From positions 103,594 through 167,593 of the forward strand of contig DAIUDD010000001.1 in NCBI GenBank assembly GCA_036845805.1: 64,000 nt of DNA, read 5' to 3'. The notes below the pieces were generated by a model that saw only the letters and a program-made list of their open reading frames with translations, did no database searches and was not told the DNA's origin. Below are positions 46,775-56,597 of this stretch, piece after piece. Position 1 is the first letter of the stretch. Every line of letters starts with the position of its first letter. This DNA is from Patescibacteria group bacterium (GTDB lineage: Bacteria > Patescibacteriota > Patescibacteriia > UBA2196). The position numbers and the translations under genes are program-made.

Positions 46775-47990
46775 ATTAAATTGTCGTATTTGCCAATCAA
46801 AAAATTTAACCGAATTTTTAGATTTAGGTGAACAACCACTGGCTAATAATTTTTTAAAAAGTAGCGCTGATTTTGTTTCAGAAAAATTTTATCCTCTAAA
46901 AGTTTATTTTTGTCATGATTGCAATCTGATGCAATTACTTGATGTGGTAGATAAAGAAATTTTATTTAAAAATTATATTTATTTTTCTTCGGGCATGCCC
47001 AAACTTTCTGATCATTTTAAAAATTATGCCGAAAATCTTATGGTTCGTTTTTTAAAGAAGGATGATTTAGTGGTAGAGTTGGCCAGTAATGATGGTATTT
47101 TATTAAATTTTTTTAAAGACTCCGGTTATCGTATTTTGGGTGTTGATCCGGCCGAAAACATCGCTGCCCTAGCTAATACTCGTGGAGTTCCAACTTTACC
47201 AAAATTTTTTAGTCAAAATTTGGCCAAAGAAATCGTTAAAAATTATAGTTTTGCCCAAGTTATTATTGCTAATAATGTCGTTGCCCATATTGATGATCAT
47301 CATGATTTAGCTTTGGGCGTTAAAACCTTATTAGCTCCAGATGGTGTTTTTGTTTTTGAAGCGCCATATTTGATTGATATGTTTGAAAATCTTACTTTTG
47401 ATACTATTTATCATGAGCATTTGTCATATTTAGCTATTAGGCCCCTAAAAAAACTTTTTGAAAAATATAATTTAGAGATTTTTAAAGTAGAAATACATCC
47501 GGTTCAAGGAAAATCCATAAGGGTTTTTGTTGGCCATGCCAATAAACACCCCATTGATCAAAGTGTGGCCTATTTAATTATGAAAGAATTGGCCATGGAA
47601 TTGCCTCAAGTTAAAAGTTATCAAAAATTAGCCGTCAGAATAAGCAATTTTAAAAAAGATCTTATTGATTTATTAAAAAAAATAAAAATATCTGGAAAAT
47701 CCATCGCTGCTTATGGCGCTCCAGCCAAAGGTAATACTTTATTAAATTATTGTGGAATTAGCACTAATTTTTTAGATTTTGCCCTGGAAGATCTGCCGGC
47801 CAAACAGGGATTGTATACCCCTGGTCAACACATCCCAGTGGTTACCAGAACATATGTGGAAACACATCAGCCCGATTTTTATTTATTATTAGCTTGGAAT
47901 TATGCTCCAGTTATTTTGGCCAAAGAGAAACAATTTCAAGCCAATGGCGGTAAATTTATTATGCCAGTTGAAGGCATAAAAATTATTTAA
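46752..47990 (+). CDS. Sugar C-methyltransferase-like SAM-dependent methyltransferase (Zn-ribbon + MT + C-methyltransferase C-terminal domain)
   Basis: N-terminal CRICQS...CHDC zinc-binding domain. LASNDGILL motif I. Architecture of TylC3/NovU-like NDP-hexose C-methyltransferases. Confidence 0.65.
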   Translation: MVHMYTHKLNCRICQSKNLTEFLDLGEQPLANNFLKSSADFVSEKFYPLKVYFCHDCNLMQLLDVVDKEILFKNYIYFSSGMPKLSDHFKNYAENLMVRFLKKDDLVVELASNDGILLNFFKDSGYRILGVDPAENIAALANTRGVPTLPKFFSQNLAKEIVKNYSFAQVIIANNVVAHIDDHHDLALGVKTLLAPDGVFVFEAPYLIDMFENLTFDTIYHEHLSYLAIRPLKKLFEKYNLEIFKVEIHPVQGKSIRVFVGHANKHPIDQSVAYLIMKELAMELPQVKSYQKLAVRISNFKKDLIDLLKKIKISGKSIAAYGAPAKGNTLLNYCGISTNFLDFALEDLPAKQGLYTPGQHIPVVTRTYVETHQPDFYLLLAWNYAPVILAKEKQFQANGGKFIMPVEGIKII

Positions 47991-47997
47991 AAAATTT

Positions 47998-50280
47998 ATG
48001 AATAAAAAAATTCTAGTTACTGGTGGCGCTGGTTATGTTGGTAGCAGCTTAGTGCCCGCATTATTATCGCATGGTTATGAGGTCCGGGTTTTGGACAAGC
48101 TTGTCTATGGCGACTTTGCCCTTGAATCCGTTAAAAATCGCATTGAATTAGTTGTTGGCGATATTCTCAATCCCCCCGAAAATATTATGGACGGGATTTT
48201 TGGCGTGATTCACCTGGCTGGTCTTTCTACTGAGCCAACCGCTAATATTAATCCTCGGCTTACTGATCAAATTAATCATATTGGGGTTGAAAAAATCGCT
48301 CGTCTGGCCAAGGAACACGGTGTGGAAAGATTTATTTTTGCCTCATCGTGTTCCGTCTACTTTACCTATGATACGCCTTTAATACCACCGCCGTATAAAG
48401 AAGACGAATCCGTTAATAGTATTTCCGCATATTCTATTAGTAAAAAGGCAGCAGAAGAAGCACTTAAAGAATTAACCGATGATAATTTTAAACCCATAAT
48501 TTTTAGAAAAGGCACTCTTTTTGGTTTCTCACCCAAAATGCGTTACGATTTAGTTTTAAATTCTTTTACTAAAGATGCATTTAAACAAAATAAAATCATT
48601 GTTCATGCGGGCGGGGAAATTTATCGACCCATGCTTGATATTAAACACGCTGTAGCCGCATATATCTCAGCCTTAGAATTACCCCTTTCACGAATTGGTG
48701 ACAAAATATTTAATATTGTTGATGATAATATTAAAGTTACTAATCTAGCTCAAGACTTCATTAAAATAATCAAAGACTATAATGATATTAATATTGTTCT
48801 TGATATTCAAGAGGTTGGTATCGCGCGCAACTATCTAGCCGATAACACTCGGTATAAAGAATTTTTTATTCCTAAAAAAGAAAGGCAAGTTTCTGATGCC
48901 ATTATTGAAATGTGGCAAAAACTTACTCAAGGTCATGATTATAACGATGACCGATTTTATACTGACAAATGGCATAAAAAAATTAATGAAGAAAAAATTA
49001 AAAAAACAAAAATATTAATTGTTGGTGCAGCTGGACAATTGGGGCAAGCGCTTAATAAAATTTTCAATCATAATTATGAATTATATAATCTTTCGCACCA
49101 AGATGTTGATATTACTGATTTTAATAAACTTCAAGAAAAAATTACTGAAATCAAACCAAACATTATTATTAATCCAGTTGCCTTTCATCAAGTGGAAGAA
49201 TGTGAACAAAATGTTGCTAAAAGTTATTTAGTAAATTCTTTAGGTGCATTTAATATCTCTAAATTGGCCCACACTGTCAATGCCACCATAATTTATTTAA
49301 GCACCGATTATGTATTTGATGGAATTAAAACCACTGGTTATGAGGAACACGACAGTCCCAATCCAATCAATGTTTACGGCGCTTCCAAGTTAGCCGGTGA
49401 ACAATTAACTGCCCTTGCTAATTACAATCACTATATCATCAGAACCAGTGCTCTTTTTTCCGAATTTAAAAGTGGTAAGGGGCATAACTTTATTGATTTA
49501 ATGTTAAATTTAGCGCAAAAAGAAGAAAAAATTGAGGTGGTTAATGATCAATACACTTGCCCCACCTATGTGTCTGACCTGGTTTTTAAAATCAAGGAAA
49601 TGATTGAGAAAAAAATACCTTACGGTGTTTATCATGTTACCAATCAAGGTTTTTGCAGCTGGTATGAATTAGCCAAAACGATTTTTGAAATTAAAGGTTT
49701 AAATATTAATCTCACCGCTATCAATACTGATTCTGATTCTGCTAAGGCCCAAAGGCCCAAATTTAGTGTTTTGCTTAACAATAAGCTTACCTCAATGGGT
49801 TTAGAGTTACTCCCGCCTTGGTCAGAAAGTTTAAAAAAATTTTTATCATTAAATCAAAATCACATGGAAAATTCAATGCCTCAAGAAAAAATTGCTAGAT
49901 TTCACGAACAACGTTTTCATGAAGATGCTCGTCGCCGCGGGTTTTATGATCTTGTGCCCGGGTTACCCGGTGACATGAATTTTACTCATATGCAAGCCAA
50001 TATTATTTCTGGCATGCACATGCATAAAAATCAAACTGATTATTTTACTGTGGCTAAGGGCAGTGTGCTTTTTCGCTTAGTTGCTGAAGACGGACGCGAA
50101 GAAAGAGTAGTTTTGAGCGAGCATAGTCGCAAAACCTTGATTATTTCGCCTGGTGTTTGGCATGGTTATCGTTCTCTTGAACCATCAATTTTAGTTTTTT
50201 ACATTGATCAAAAATTTAATTTAAATGATGAAAACCGTCGGCCAACTTCAGCCGCTGATTGGCAAATTGAAATTAAATAA
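47998..50280 (+). CDS. Tri-domain fusion: NAD-dependent sugar epimerase/dehydratase + dTDP-4-dehydrorhamnose reductase (RmlD-like) + dTDP-4-dehydrorhamnose 3,5-epimerase-like cupin (RmlC-like)
   Basis: Domain 1: VTGGAGYVGSSL, YSISK. Domain 2: IVGAAGQLGQAL, LSTDYVFDG, YGASKLAGE. Domain 3: GMHMHKNQTDYFTVAKGSV...WHGYRSL. Confidence 0.75.
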   Translation: MNKKILVTGGAGYVGSSLVPALLSHGYEVRVLDKLVYGDFALESVKNRIELVVGDILNPPENIMDGIFGVIHLAGLSTEPTANINPRLTDQINHIGVEKIARLAKEHGVERFIFASSCSVYFTYDTPLIPPPYKEDESVNSISAYSISKKAAEEALKELTDDNFKPIIFRKGTLFGFSPKMRYDLVLNSFTKDAFKQNKIIVHAGGEIYRPMLDIKHAVAAYISALELPLSRIGDKIFNIVDDNIKVTNLAQDFIKIIKDYNDINIVLDIQEVGIARNYLADNTRYKEFFIPKKERQVSDAIIEMWQKLTQGHDYNDDRFYTDKWHKKINEEKIKKTKILIVGAAGQLGQALNKIFNHNYELYNLSHQDVDITDFNKLQEKITEIKPNIIINPVAFHQVEECEQNVAKSYLVNSLGAFNISKLAHTVNATIIYLSTDYVFDGIKTTGYEEHDSPNPINVYGASKLAGEQLTALANYNHYIIRTSALFSEFKSGKGHNFIDLMLNLAQKEEKIEVVNDQYTCPTYVSDLVFKIKEMIEKKIPYGVYHVTNQGFCSWYELAKTIFEIKGLNINLTAINTDSDSAKAQRPKFSVLLNNKLTSMGLELLPPWSESLKKFLSLNQNHMENSMPQEKIARFHEQRFHEDARRRGFYDLVPGLPGDMNFTHMQANIISGMHMHKNQTDYFTVAKGSVLFRLVAEDGREERVVLSEHSRKTLIISPGVWHGYRSLEPSILVFYIDQKFNLNDENRRPTSAADWQIEIK

Positions 50281-50284
50281 AATT

Positions 50285-51319
50285 ATGAAAATAACATTTT
50301 TATTACCTCATCTTAAAATTTCTGGCGGGGTTAGATTATCATTAACCTATGCCCATTTATTAGCCGAGAAAGGTCATCAGGTTACAGTGGTAATAAAAAA
50401 TAAAATTTTTTGGCGTCGTTTTTTGGCCAATTTAATTAATCGTAAACCACTTTGGTTCAAAAATAATCAAGCCAAATTTTTACGTATTGAAGACTTCCAA
50501 ATTCAAAATATTCCAGACGCGGACATTATCATTGCTTGTTATTGGCAAATTGTCGCTTTCATGTCCACCTTGCCATCCCAAAAAGGTATTCAATACAATT
50601 TTATTCAACACGATGAACGACTTTATCATGGCCAAAGAGACGAAGTAACCAGGGCCTATCAAAAAATTAATAAAAAAATAGTTTTATCTAACTGGCTTAA
50701 AGAAATTATTAAAAATGATTTTAATCAAGATTCAGAAGTTTTAATTACGCCGGTTGATTTTAATCTCTTTCATCCCGTACCAGATGCTAGAATTGATTCT
50801 AAAGTAATAAAAATTTTGTTACTTCACCACAGCTATAAATGGAAGGGCACTGCAAGCGGTTTAGAAATTGTTAAAAAAATAAAAAAAACTTATCCCGAAG
50901 TCAAATTAGTTTTTTATGGAGTTAGAAGCGAAAAAATTGATCTTAAAGACGTTGATGAATATTATTTTAATTTACCACAAGAAAAATTAGCCTGGCTTTA
51001 TTCTTCATGTGACATTTTCTTGTGTCCGTCAGAATGGGAAGGTTTGGGTATGCCCGGCATGGAAGCGATGGCCTCGGGCTCATGTTTAGTTACTAATGAT
51101 ACCGGCGGTTCTCGCGATTATGCTTTTGATGGTCAAACAGCCTTTGTGGCCAAACACAATGATTGGGAAGATTTATATCAAAAATTATTATTAGCTGTCG
51201 AAAATAAAGAATTGCGAGAAAAAATTGCCAAACAAGGTTATGAGTTTATTACTCAAAAAATAGATAATTGGGAACAAAGTGCGGCTAAGATGGAAAAAAT
51301 GTTTGAAAGCGCCTTATAA
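50285..51319 (+). CDS. Glycosyltransferase family 4
   Basis: SEWEGLGMPGMEAMASGSCLVTNDTGG. Start placed at ATG 50285, after the stop of the upstream gene. Confidence 0.75.
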   Translation: MKITFLLPHLKISGGVRLSLTYAHLLAEKGHQVTVVIKNKIFWRRFLANLINRKPLWFKNNQAKFLRIEDFQIQNIPDADIIIACYWQIVAFMSTLPSQKGIQYNFIQHDERLYHGQRDEVTRAYQKINKKIVLSNWLKEIIKNDFNQDSEVLITPVDFNLFHPVPDARIDSKVIKILLLHHSYKWKGTASGLEIVKKIKKTYPEVKLVFYGVRSEKIDLKDVDEYYFNLPQEKLAWLYSSCDIFLCPSEWEGLGMPGMEAMASGSCLVTNDTGGSRDYAFDGQTAFVAKHNDWEDLYQKLLLAVENKELREKIAKQGYEFITQKIDNWEQSAAKMEKMFESAL

Positions 51320-51363
51320 TAATAATTTAAATTAAAGTTATAAAAATAAAAAATTTTTAAATT

Positions 51364-52047
51364 ATGCTCAAACTTTCCATTATTATTCCAACATATAACG
51401 AAGAAAAAACCGTTTTAAAAATTATTAATCGGGTTGAGCGCGTTAAATTAGAAAATATTAATAAAGAAATAATTATCGTTGATGATGGTTCAACCGATCA
51501 AACAAAAGAAATTTTAAAACCATTGGAAGAAAAATATAAAATTATCTATCAGCCTAAAAATTTAGGTAAAGGCGCCGCAGTCAGAACCGCTCTTAACCAG
51601 ATAACCGGTGACATAGTTTTAATTCAAGACGCTGATTTAGAATATAATCCAGAAGAATATTCCAAACTATTAGATCCCATTATTAATCATGACCTTAACG
51701 TGGTATATGGTTCGAGAATGCTTGGTGCACACACCGCCACAAATTTTTATTATTATTTAGGTAATAAATTAATTACTTTTATTGCCAATCTCCTCTACAA
51801 CGCATCTTTAACTGACATAGAAACCGGGTATAAGGTTTTTCGTAAAGATGTTATAATTAATTTAAATTTAACCGCTAATGGTTTCGATATCGAGCCAGAA
51901 ATTACTGCTCAAATTTTAAAGAAATATAATATTCACGAAGTGCCTATCTCTTATTTTGGCCGGGATTTTTCGGAAGGTAAAAAAATTTCTTGGCGTGATG
52001 GTTTGCAAGCCATTCTTGTTCTTTTAAAATATAAATTTATTAACTAA
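51364..52047 (+). CDS. Glycosyltransferase family 2 (polyprenyl-phosphate sugar synthase-like)
   Basis: LSIIIPTYNEEKTV...IIVDDGSTDQT...IQDADLEY. Confidence 0.8.
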   Translation: MLKLSIIIPTYNEEKTVLKIINRVERVKLENINKEIIIVDDGSTDQTKEILKPLEEKYKIIYQPKNLGKGAAVRTALNQITGDIVLIQDADLEYNPEEYSKLLDPIINHDLNVVYGSRMLGAHTATNFYYYLGNKLITFIANLLYNASLTDIETGYKVFRKDVIINLNLTANGFDIEPEITAQILKKYNIHEVPISYFGRDFSEGKKISWRDGLQAILVLLKYKFIN

Positions 52048-52064
52048 ATTAAAATTAATTTGAT

Positions 52065-52262
52065 ATGATCATTAATCAAGATTTATCAATTTATCATAAA
52101 GTTGCTCGCTTAGCTGGTTTTGTATCAGCCTACTTTTTATTTGCCACCATTTTATATTTTATTTTATTATTGACTCATCACCAGCTTAGTTATTCGATAA
52201 TTATGATTTTAGTAGCTTGTTTAAATTTATTTGGTTGGTTATTAAAAAAAATTTTAAAATAA
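52065..52262 (+). CDS. Small 2-TM membrane protein
   Basis: 65 aa hydrophobic ORF, tightly spaced after the GT2. Confidence 0.35.
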   Translation: MIINQDLSIYHKVARLAGFVSAYFLFATILYFILLLTHHQLSYSIIMILVACLNLFGWLLKKILK

Positions 52263-52263
52263 T

Positions 52264-52518
52264 ATGACACTTAATTTTAAATTTTTATGGCCAGAGTTTT
52301 TATCGGGTTTTAAGCAATTTAGTGGTCACATCACCATATTAATTAATACTGTTTTATTGTTTTTTGCCTATATAATTGGCGTCGGTTTTTCTTCAATATT
52401 TGCCAAAATCGCTGGCAAAAATTTTTTAACTTTAAATATTGACTCTAATAAAAAAACACATTGGTCAAAATTAAATCTAACCAAAAAAGAATTTAATGAA
52501 TATTTAAAACAATTTTAA
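52264..52518 (+). CDS. Small membrane protein
   Basis: 84 aa, one or two TM. Start 2 nt after the previous stop. Confidence 0.35.
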   Translation: MTLNFKFLWPEFLSGFKQFSGHITILINTVLLFFAYIIGVGFSSIFAKIAGKNFLTLNIDSNKKTHWSKLNLTKKEFNEYLKQF

Positions 52519-52521
52519 TTT

Positions 52522-54282
52522 ATGTATATTTTAGGTATTAGTTGTTATTATCATGATGCTTCCGCTGCATTGCTTAAAGATGGAGTAGTGGTAGCGGCGG
52601 CCGAAGAAGAAAGATTTACTCGTAAAAAACACGATTCTTCTTTTCCACTTAATGCTATTAATTTTTGTTTATCACAAGAAGGTATTAAAATAGACGAAAT
52701 TTCATATGTTGGTTTTTATGAAAAACCATTTTTAAAATTTGAACGAGCCCTTTCACAACACCTAACTATGTTTCCTTGGTCATTAAAAACCTTTCTTAGT
52801 TCTCTACCAGGTTGGTTAAATGAAAAATTAAGATTGCCTCGCATTATAAAAAAGAAAATTGGTTGGCACCGGGGTGTACTTTTTATTGATCATCACTTGG
52901 CCCACGCGGCTAGTAGTTTTTTAGCTAGTCCCTATCAACAAGCAGCCATTGTCACGGTTGATGGCGTTGGTGAGTGGACTACTACCACTTATGGTTTTGG
53001 TATTAATAACGACATCACTCTGGCCAAGGAAATAAAATTTCCCAGTTCTGTTGGTTTATTATATTCAACCATTACAGCTTATTTGGGTTTTAGTGTTAAT
53101 AATTCCGAGTATAAGGTTATGGGCTTAAGTGCTTATGGCACCATGGATCGTGCTAAAAATATTTATTATCAAAAAATGCAAAAAATTATCGATATTAAAG
53201 CAGATGGTAGTTTTTGTTTTGATATGAGTTATTTTAAATTTCATTACGCCGACCGTATGCCCAATAAAAAATTATGTGATCTGTTAGACGGTCCGGTTCG
53301 CCAACCAGCAGAACCAGTTACTACTCGTCATCAAGACATTGCCGCTGCCGTTCAACTTTTAACAGAAGATATTTTAACTAAAATTTTAAACCATGTTTTT
53401 TATCAATATTCATGTGAAAATTTGGTGCTTGCTGGCGGTGTTGCTTTAAATAGCGTTTATAACGGTAAAATATTAAAAAATACCCCTTTTAAATCACTTT
53501 GGATTCAACCCAACGCCTCGGATGGTGGCACTGGCGTTGGCGTGGCCTTATATATTTATTACACTCTTTTAAATCACGAGAGAATAAAAAGAATGGATAA
53601 TGTTTATCTTGGCCCAGAATTTTCCGAACAAGAAATAAAATTGTTTTTAGATGATAATAAAATTAAATACTCTATTTTTATTAATAAAGAAGAATTAATT
53701 AATCGGGCCGCCAATCTAATTAAAGATAATTTTGTTGTTGGTTGGTTCCAAAAAGGTATGGAGTGGGGACCGCGAGCTTTGGGTGCACGTAGTATTTTGG
53801 CTAATCCACTTAATCCTAAAGCCAAAGAATTGCTTAATACTAAAGTTAAACATCGGGAAAAATTCCGCCCATTTGCACCAGTCGTTTGTGCAGATGACGC
53901 GCCGACATATTTCGATTGCGATCTGCCACTGCCAGAACCAACTGATTATATGCTTATGGTTTACCCAATTAAAAAAGAATGGCAAGAAAAAATACCATCT
54001 GTTACCCACGTTGATGGTTCTGGTCGCCTGCAAACCGTCAACCGCAAACAAAACGAACTTTATTATGATTTAATTAAAAAATTTGGTAGTTTAACTGGCA
54101 TACCAATTTTAATTAATACTTCTTTTAATATTCGTGGCGAGCCAATTGTTTGTACGCCAAAAGACGCCTATCGTTGCATGATGGGCACTGGCATTGATTA
54201 TTTAGTGATTGGTAATTTTTTAATTAAACGGGAAGATAATCCAGCCGATATTTGGGATAGTGAAAAATATGCTGTTGATTAA
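52522..54282 (+). CDS. Carbamoyltransferase (NodU/CmcH/TobZ family)
   Basis: MYILGISCYYHDASAALLKDGVVVAAAEEERFTRKKHD N-terminal signature and C-terminal domain. Confidence 0.85.
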   Translation: MYILGISCYYHDASAALLKDGVVVAAAEEERFTRKKHDSSFPLNAINFCLSQEGIKIDEISYVGFYEKPFLKFERALSQHLTMFPWSLKTFLSSLPGWLNEKLRLPRIIKKKIGWHRGVLFIDHHLAHAASSFLASPYQQAAIVTVDGVGEWTTTTYGFGINNDITLAKEIKFPSSVGLLYSTITAYLGFSVNNSEYKVMGLSAYGTMDRAKNIYYQKMQKIIDIKADGSFCFDMSYFKFHYADRMPNKKLCDLLDGPVRQPAEPVTTRHQDIAAAVQLLTEDILTKILNHVFYQYSCENLVLAGGVALNSVYNGKILKNTPFKSLWIQPNASDGGTGVGVALYIYYTLLNHERIKRMDNVYLGPEFSEQEIKLFLDDNKIKYSIFINKEELINRAANLIKDNFVVGWFQKGMEWGPRALGARSILANPLNPKAKELLNTKVKHREKFRPFAPVVCADDAPTYFDCDLPLPEPTDYMLMVYPIKKEWQEKIPSVTHVDGSGRLQTVNRKQNELYYDLIKKFGSLTGIPILINTSFNIRGEPIVCTPKDAYRCMMGTGIDYLVIGNFLIKREDNPADIWDSEKYAVD

Positions 54283-54303
54283 TTAAATTAATTTAATAAA
54301 AAT

Positions 54304-54501
54304 ATGTCTGATGAAAATAAAAAAATCGACACTGACGAAAAAATAAAAAATAATTCACTTCTAGGCGAAGTCTGGAATTTTTTAAAAATTAGGAAGGCTT
54401 GGTGGTTAACGCCAATCATTATTGTTTTATTATTAGTTGGCATTCTTATTGTTATGAGTCAAAGTAGCGTCATTTCACCTTTTATTTACGCCTTTTTTTA
54501 A
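54304..54501 (+). CDS. Small membrane protein (DUF5989-like, commonly adjacent to carbamoyltransferases)
   Basis: LLGEVWNFLKIRKAWWLTPIIIVLLLVGILIV pattern. Confidence 0.45.
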   Translation: MSDENKKIDTDEKIKNNSLLGEVWNFLKIRKAWWLTPIIIVLLLVGILIVMSQSSVISPFIYAFF

Positions 54502-54511
54502 TTTTAATTAT

Positions 54512-55738
54512 ATGTCCGAATTTAAAAAACAAAACATTTTGATTAATTTATTACTTTTTTTTGTTATTCTTATTATTGGTCTTTTTGGCGCTGAATTTTT
54601 AATGCACAAGCTCCAACCCAAACACGAAGAATATCTTTTAGATCCGAAATTAAAAGTTATTGGTAACCCCGCGGCTGGTCGTGATAAAAATGGTTATCGT
54701 AATGAAACCGTACCTTTGAGCGCCGACATAGTAGCAATTGGTGATTCCCAAACCGACGGCCTGCTCAATGCAAAAAATATTGCTGATAGTTGGCCACATG
54801 CCCTTGGTAAAATGTTGGAAAAGAATGTTTATCAAGTAGCTCTTGCCGGTTATGGTCCGGTACAATATAATTATCTTCTTGACCAGGCGTTAACTTTTAA
54901 TCCGAATACAATTATTATTGGCTTTTATTTGGGTAATGATCTTTTTGATGTTTTTGATATGGTTTATCAAAATGATAATTGGCCAGAGTTAAAAGATAAA
55001 AATTTTACTTTTAATGAACCTATAAATATTGATATTACCAAAGAAAATTTTATCAGTTTAAAATATGCTTATAAAAAAGGCAGCTGGCAATACAAATTAA
55101 TGACCTTAAGACAATGGCTTAGACAAAATAGCTATCTGTATGGTTTTTTAAGTGATACCACCGCTGGTTTAAGAAATAAGCTTGGTTTGCTTGATGATCA
55201 AGAAAACAGAGAACAAAGATTAAATAATTTTGCTGATAATAATCAAGATCTGCTATTTTTTTATAATGAAAATCCCAAAACCACTCTCAGTCCTTTTTAC
55301 CGTGCAACGGTGATTAATTTAAATGATCAACGAATTCAAGAAGCCTTTCGCATAACGCAACAGTTGTTTTTAGAAATGCACAAAAAATTGACTACGCAAA
55401 ATAAACAGTTTATTATTTTAATTATTCCCACCAAAGAGATGGTTTATGGACAATTCATGGCAGAAAAAAAAATTATATTTCCTGAACAACTGCAAACATA
55501 CTTAGACAAAGAAAAAGAAGTGATTATTAATATTGAAAAATTTTGCCAAACAAATCATCTTAAATGTGTTAACGCCACCAACAAGCTGGTCTTTGGCGTT
55601 GCCGAAAAAAAAGAAATTTACCCCGCTGATATTGATGGTCACCCCACAGCCATCGGTTATCAATTAATTGCAGAGAGTGTTTTTGAGTATTTACAAAATA
55701 ATCTATCCACCAATTCTTTAGATATGATTAAACAATAA
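54512..55738 (+). CDS. SGNH/GDSL-type hydrolase family protein, membrane anchored
   Basis: N-terminal TM. IVAIGDSQTDG block I. Confidence 0.55.
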   Translation: MSEFKKQNILINLLLFFVILIIGLFGAEFLMHKLQPKHEEYLLDPKLKVIGNPAAGRDKNGYRNETVPLSADIVAIGDSQTDGLLNAKNIADSWPHALGKMLEKNVYQVALAGYGPVQYNYLLDQALTFNPNTIIIGFYLGNDLFDVFDMVYQNDNWPELKDKNFTFNEPINIDITKENFISLKYAYKKGSWQYKLMTLRQWLRQNSYLYGFLSDTTAGLRNKLGLLDDQENREQRLNNFADNNQDLLFFYNENPKTTLSPFYRATVINLNDQRIQEAFRITQQLFLEMHKKLTTQNKQFIILIIPTKEMVYGQFMAEKKIIFPEQLQTYLDKEKEVIINIEKFCQTNHLKCVNATNKLVFGVAEKKEIYPADIDGHPTAIGYQLIAESVFEYLQNNLSTNSLDMIKQ

Positions 55739-55739
55739 T

Positions 55740-56597
55740 ATGCCCCAAATTTCTATTATTATTCCAACCCACAATCGTCCTGATACACTAAAAAAAGCAG
55801 CGCTTTCAGTTTTAAGCCAATCTTATCAAGATTGGGAACTGATTATTGTTGATGATGGATTAAAGATTAGGGCCGAAAGTGTTGCTAAAGAATTAAATGA
55901 TTCGCGTATTAAATATGTTCCTCATGAACAAGAACAAGGTGGCGGCGCCGCTCGCAATACTGGTATTAAAGCCGCCCAAAGTAATTTTATTGCTTTTTTA
56001 GATGACGATGATGAGTGGCTGCCAGAAAAATTATCTATTCAGATGGCGCAATTTGAAAATACTGCCCCAAATATTGGTTTTTGTTTTTGTGCTGTCAAAA
56101 ACATAACCGATCACGGTCAAGAAAAAACTTCCGTTCCCGAAGGCACGGCTAATTATTTTGAATTATCTTTAAGCACTTTTAAAAAATTTCTGACTGTCAC
56201 ATTGATTATTAAAAAACATGTCTTTAATGAAGTTGGTTTGTTTGATGAAACTTTACCTAGCCACCAAGAAGCAGAATTAATGATCAGGATCACCAAAAAA
56301 TTTAAAGGATTGGGCATTAATCAGCCATTAGTTAATGTAGATATGGTGGCTGGTCATGAACACGTTGGTAACAATTTAATCAAAAGGATTCGGGGCAGGG
56401 AATTAGTTTTAAAAAAACACGAAGCAGAATTTAAAAAACGACCAACTGTTTTTGCTGGTCATTTATTTACTTTAGGAATTTTATATCGTCAAAACAAAAA
56501 TTATCAACAAGCACAAAAAAATTTTAAAAAAGCCTGGCGAACAAATTTTAAGTGGCGATATTTTTGTCATTATTTATTAATGTTAATTAAACATTAA
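55740..56597 (+). CDS. Glycosyltransferase family 2
   Basis: ISIIIPTHNRPDTLKKAALSVLSQSYQDWELIIVDDG...FLDDDDEW. Confidence 0.75.
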   Translation: MPQISIIIPTHNRPDTLKKAALSVLSQSYQDWELIIVDDGLKIRAESVAKELNDSRIKYVPHEQEQGGGAARNTGIKAAQSNFIAFLDDDDEWLPEKLSIQMAQFENTAPNIGFCFCAVKNITDHGQEKTSVPEGTANYFELSLSTFKKFLTVTLIIKKHVFNEVGLFDETLPSHQEAELMIRITKKFKGLGINQPLVNVDMVAGHEHVGNNLIKRIRGRELVLKKHEAEFKKRPTVFAGHLFTLGILYRQNKNYQQAQKNFKKAWRTNFKWRYFCHYLLMLIKH

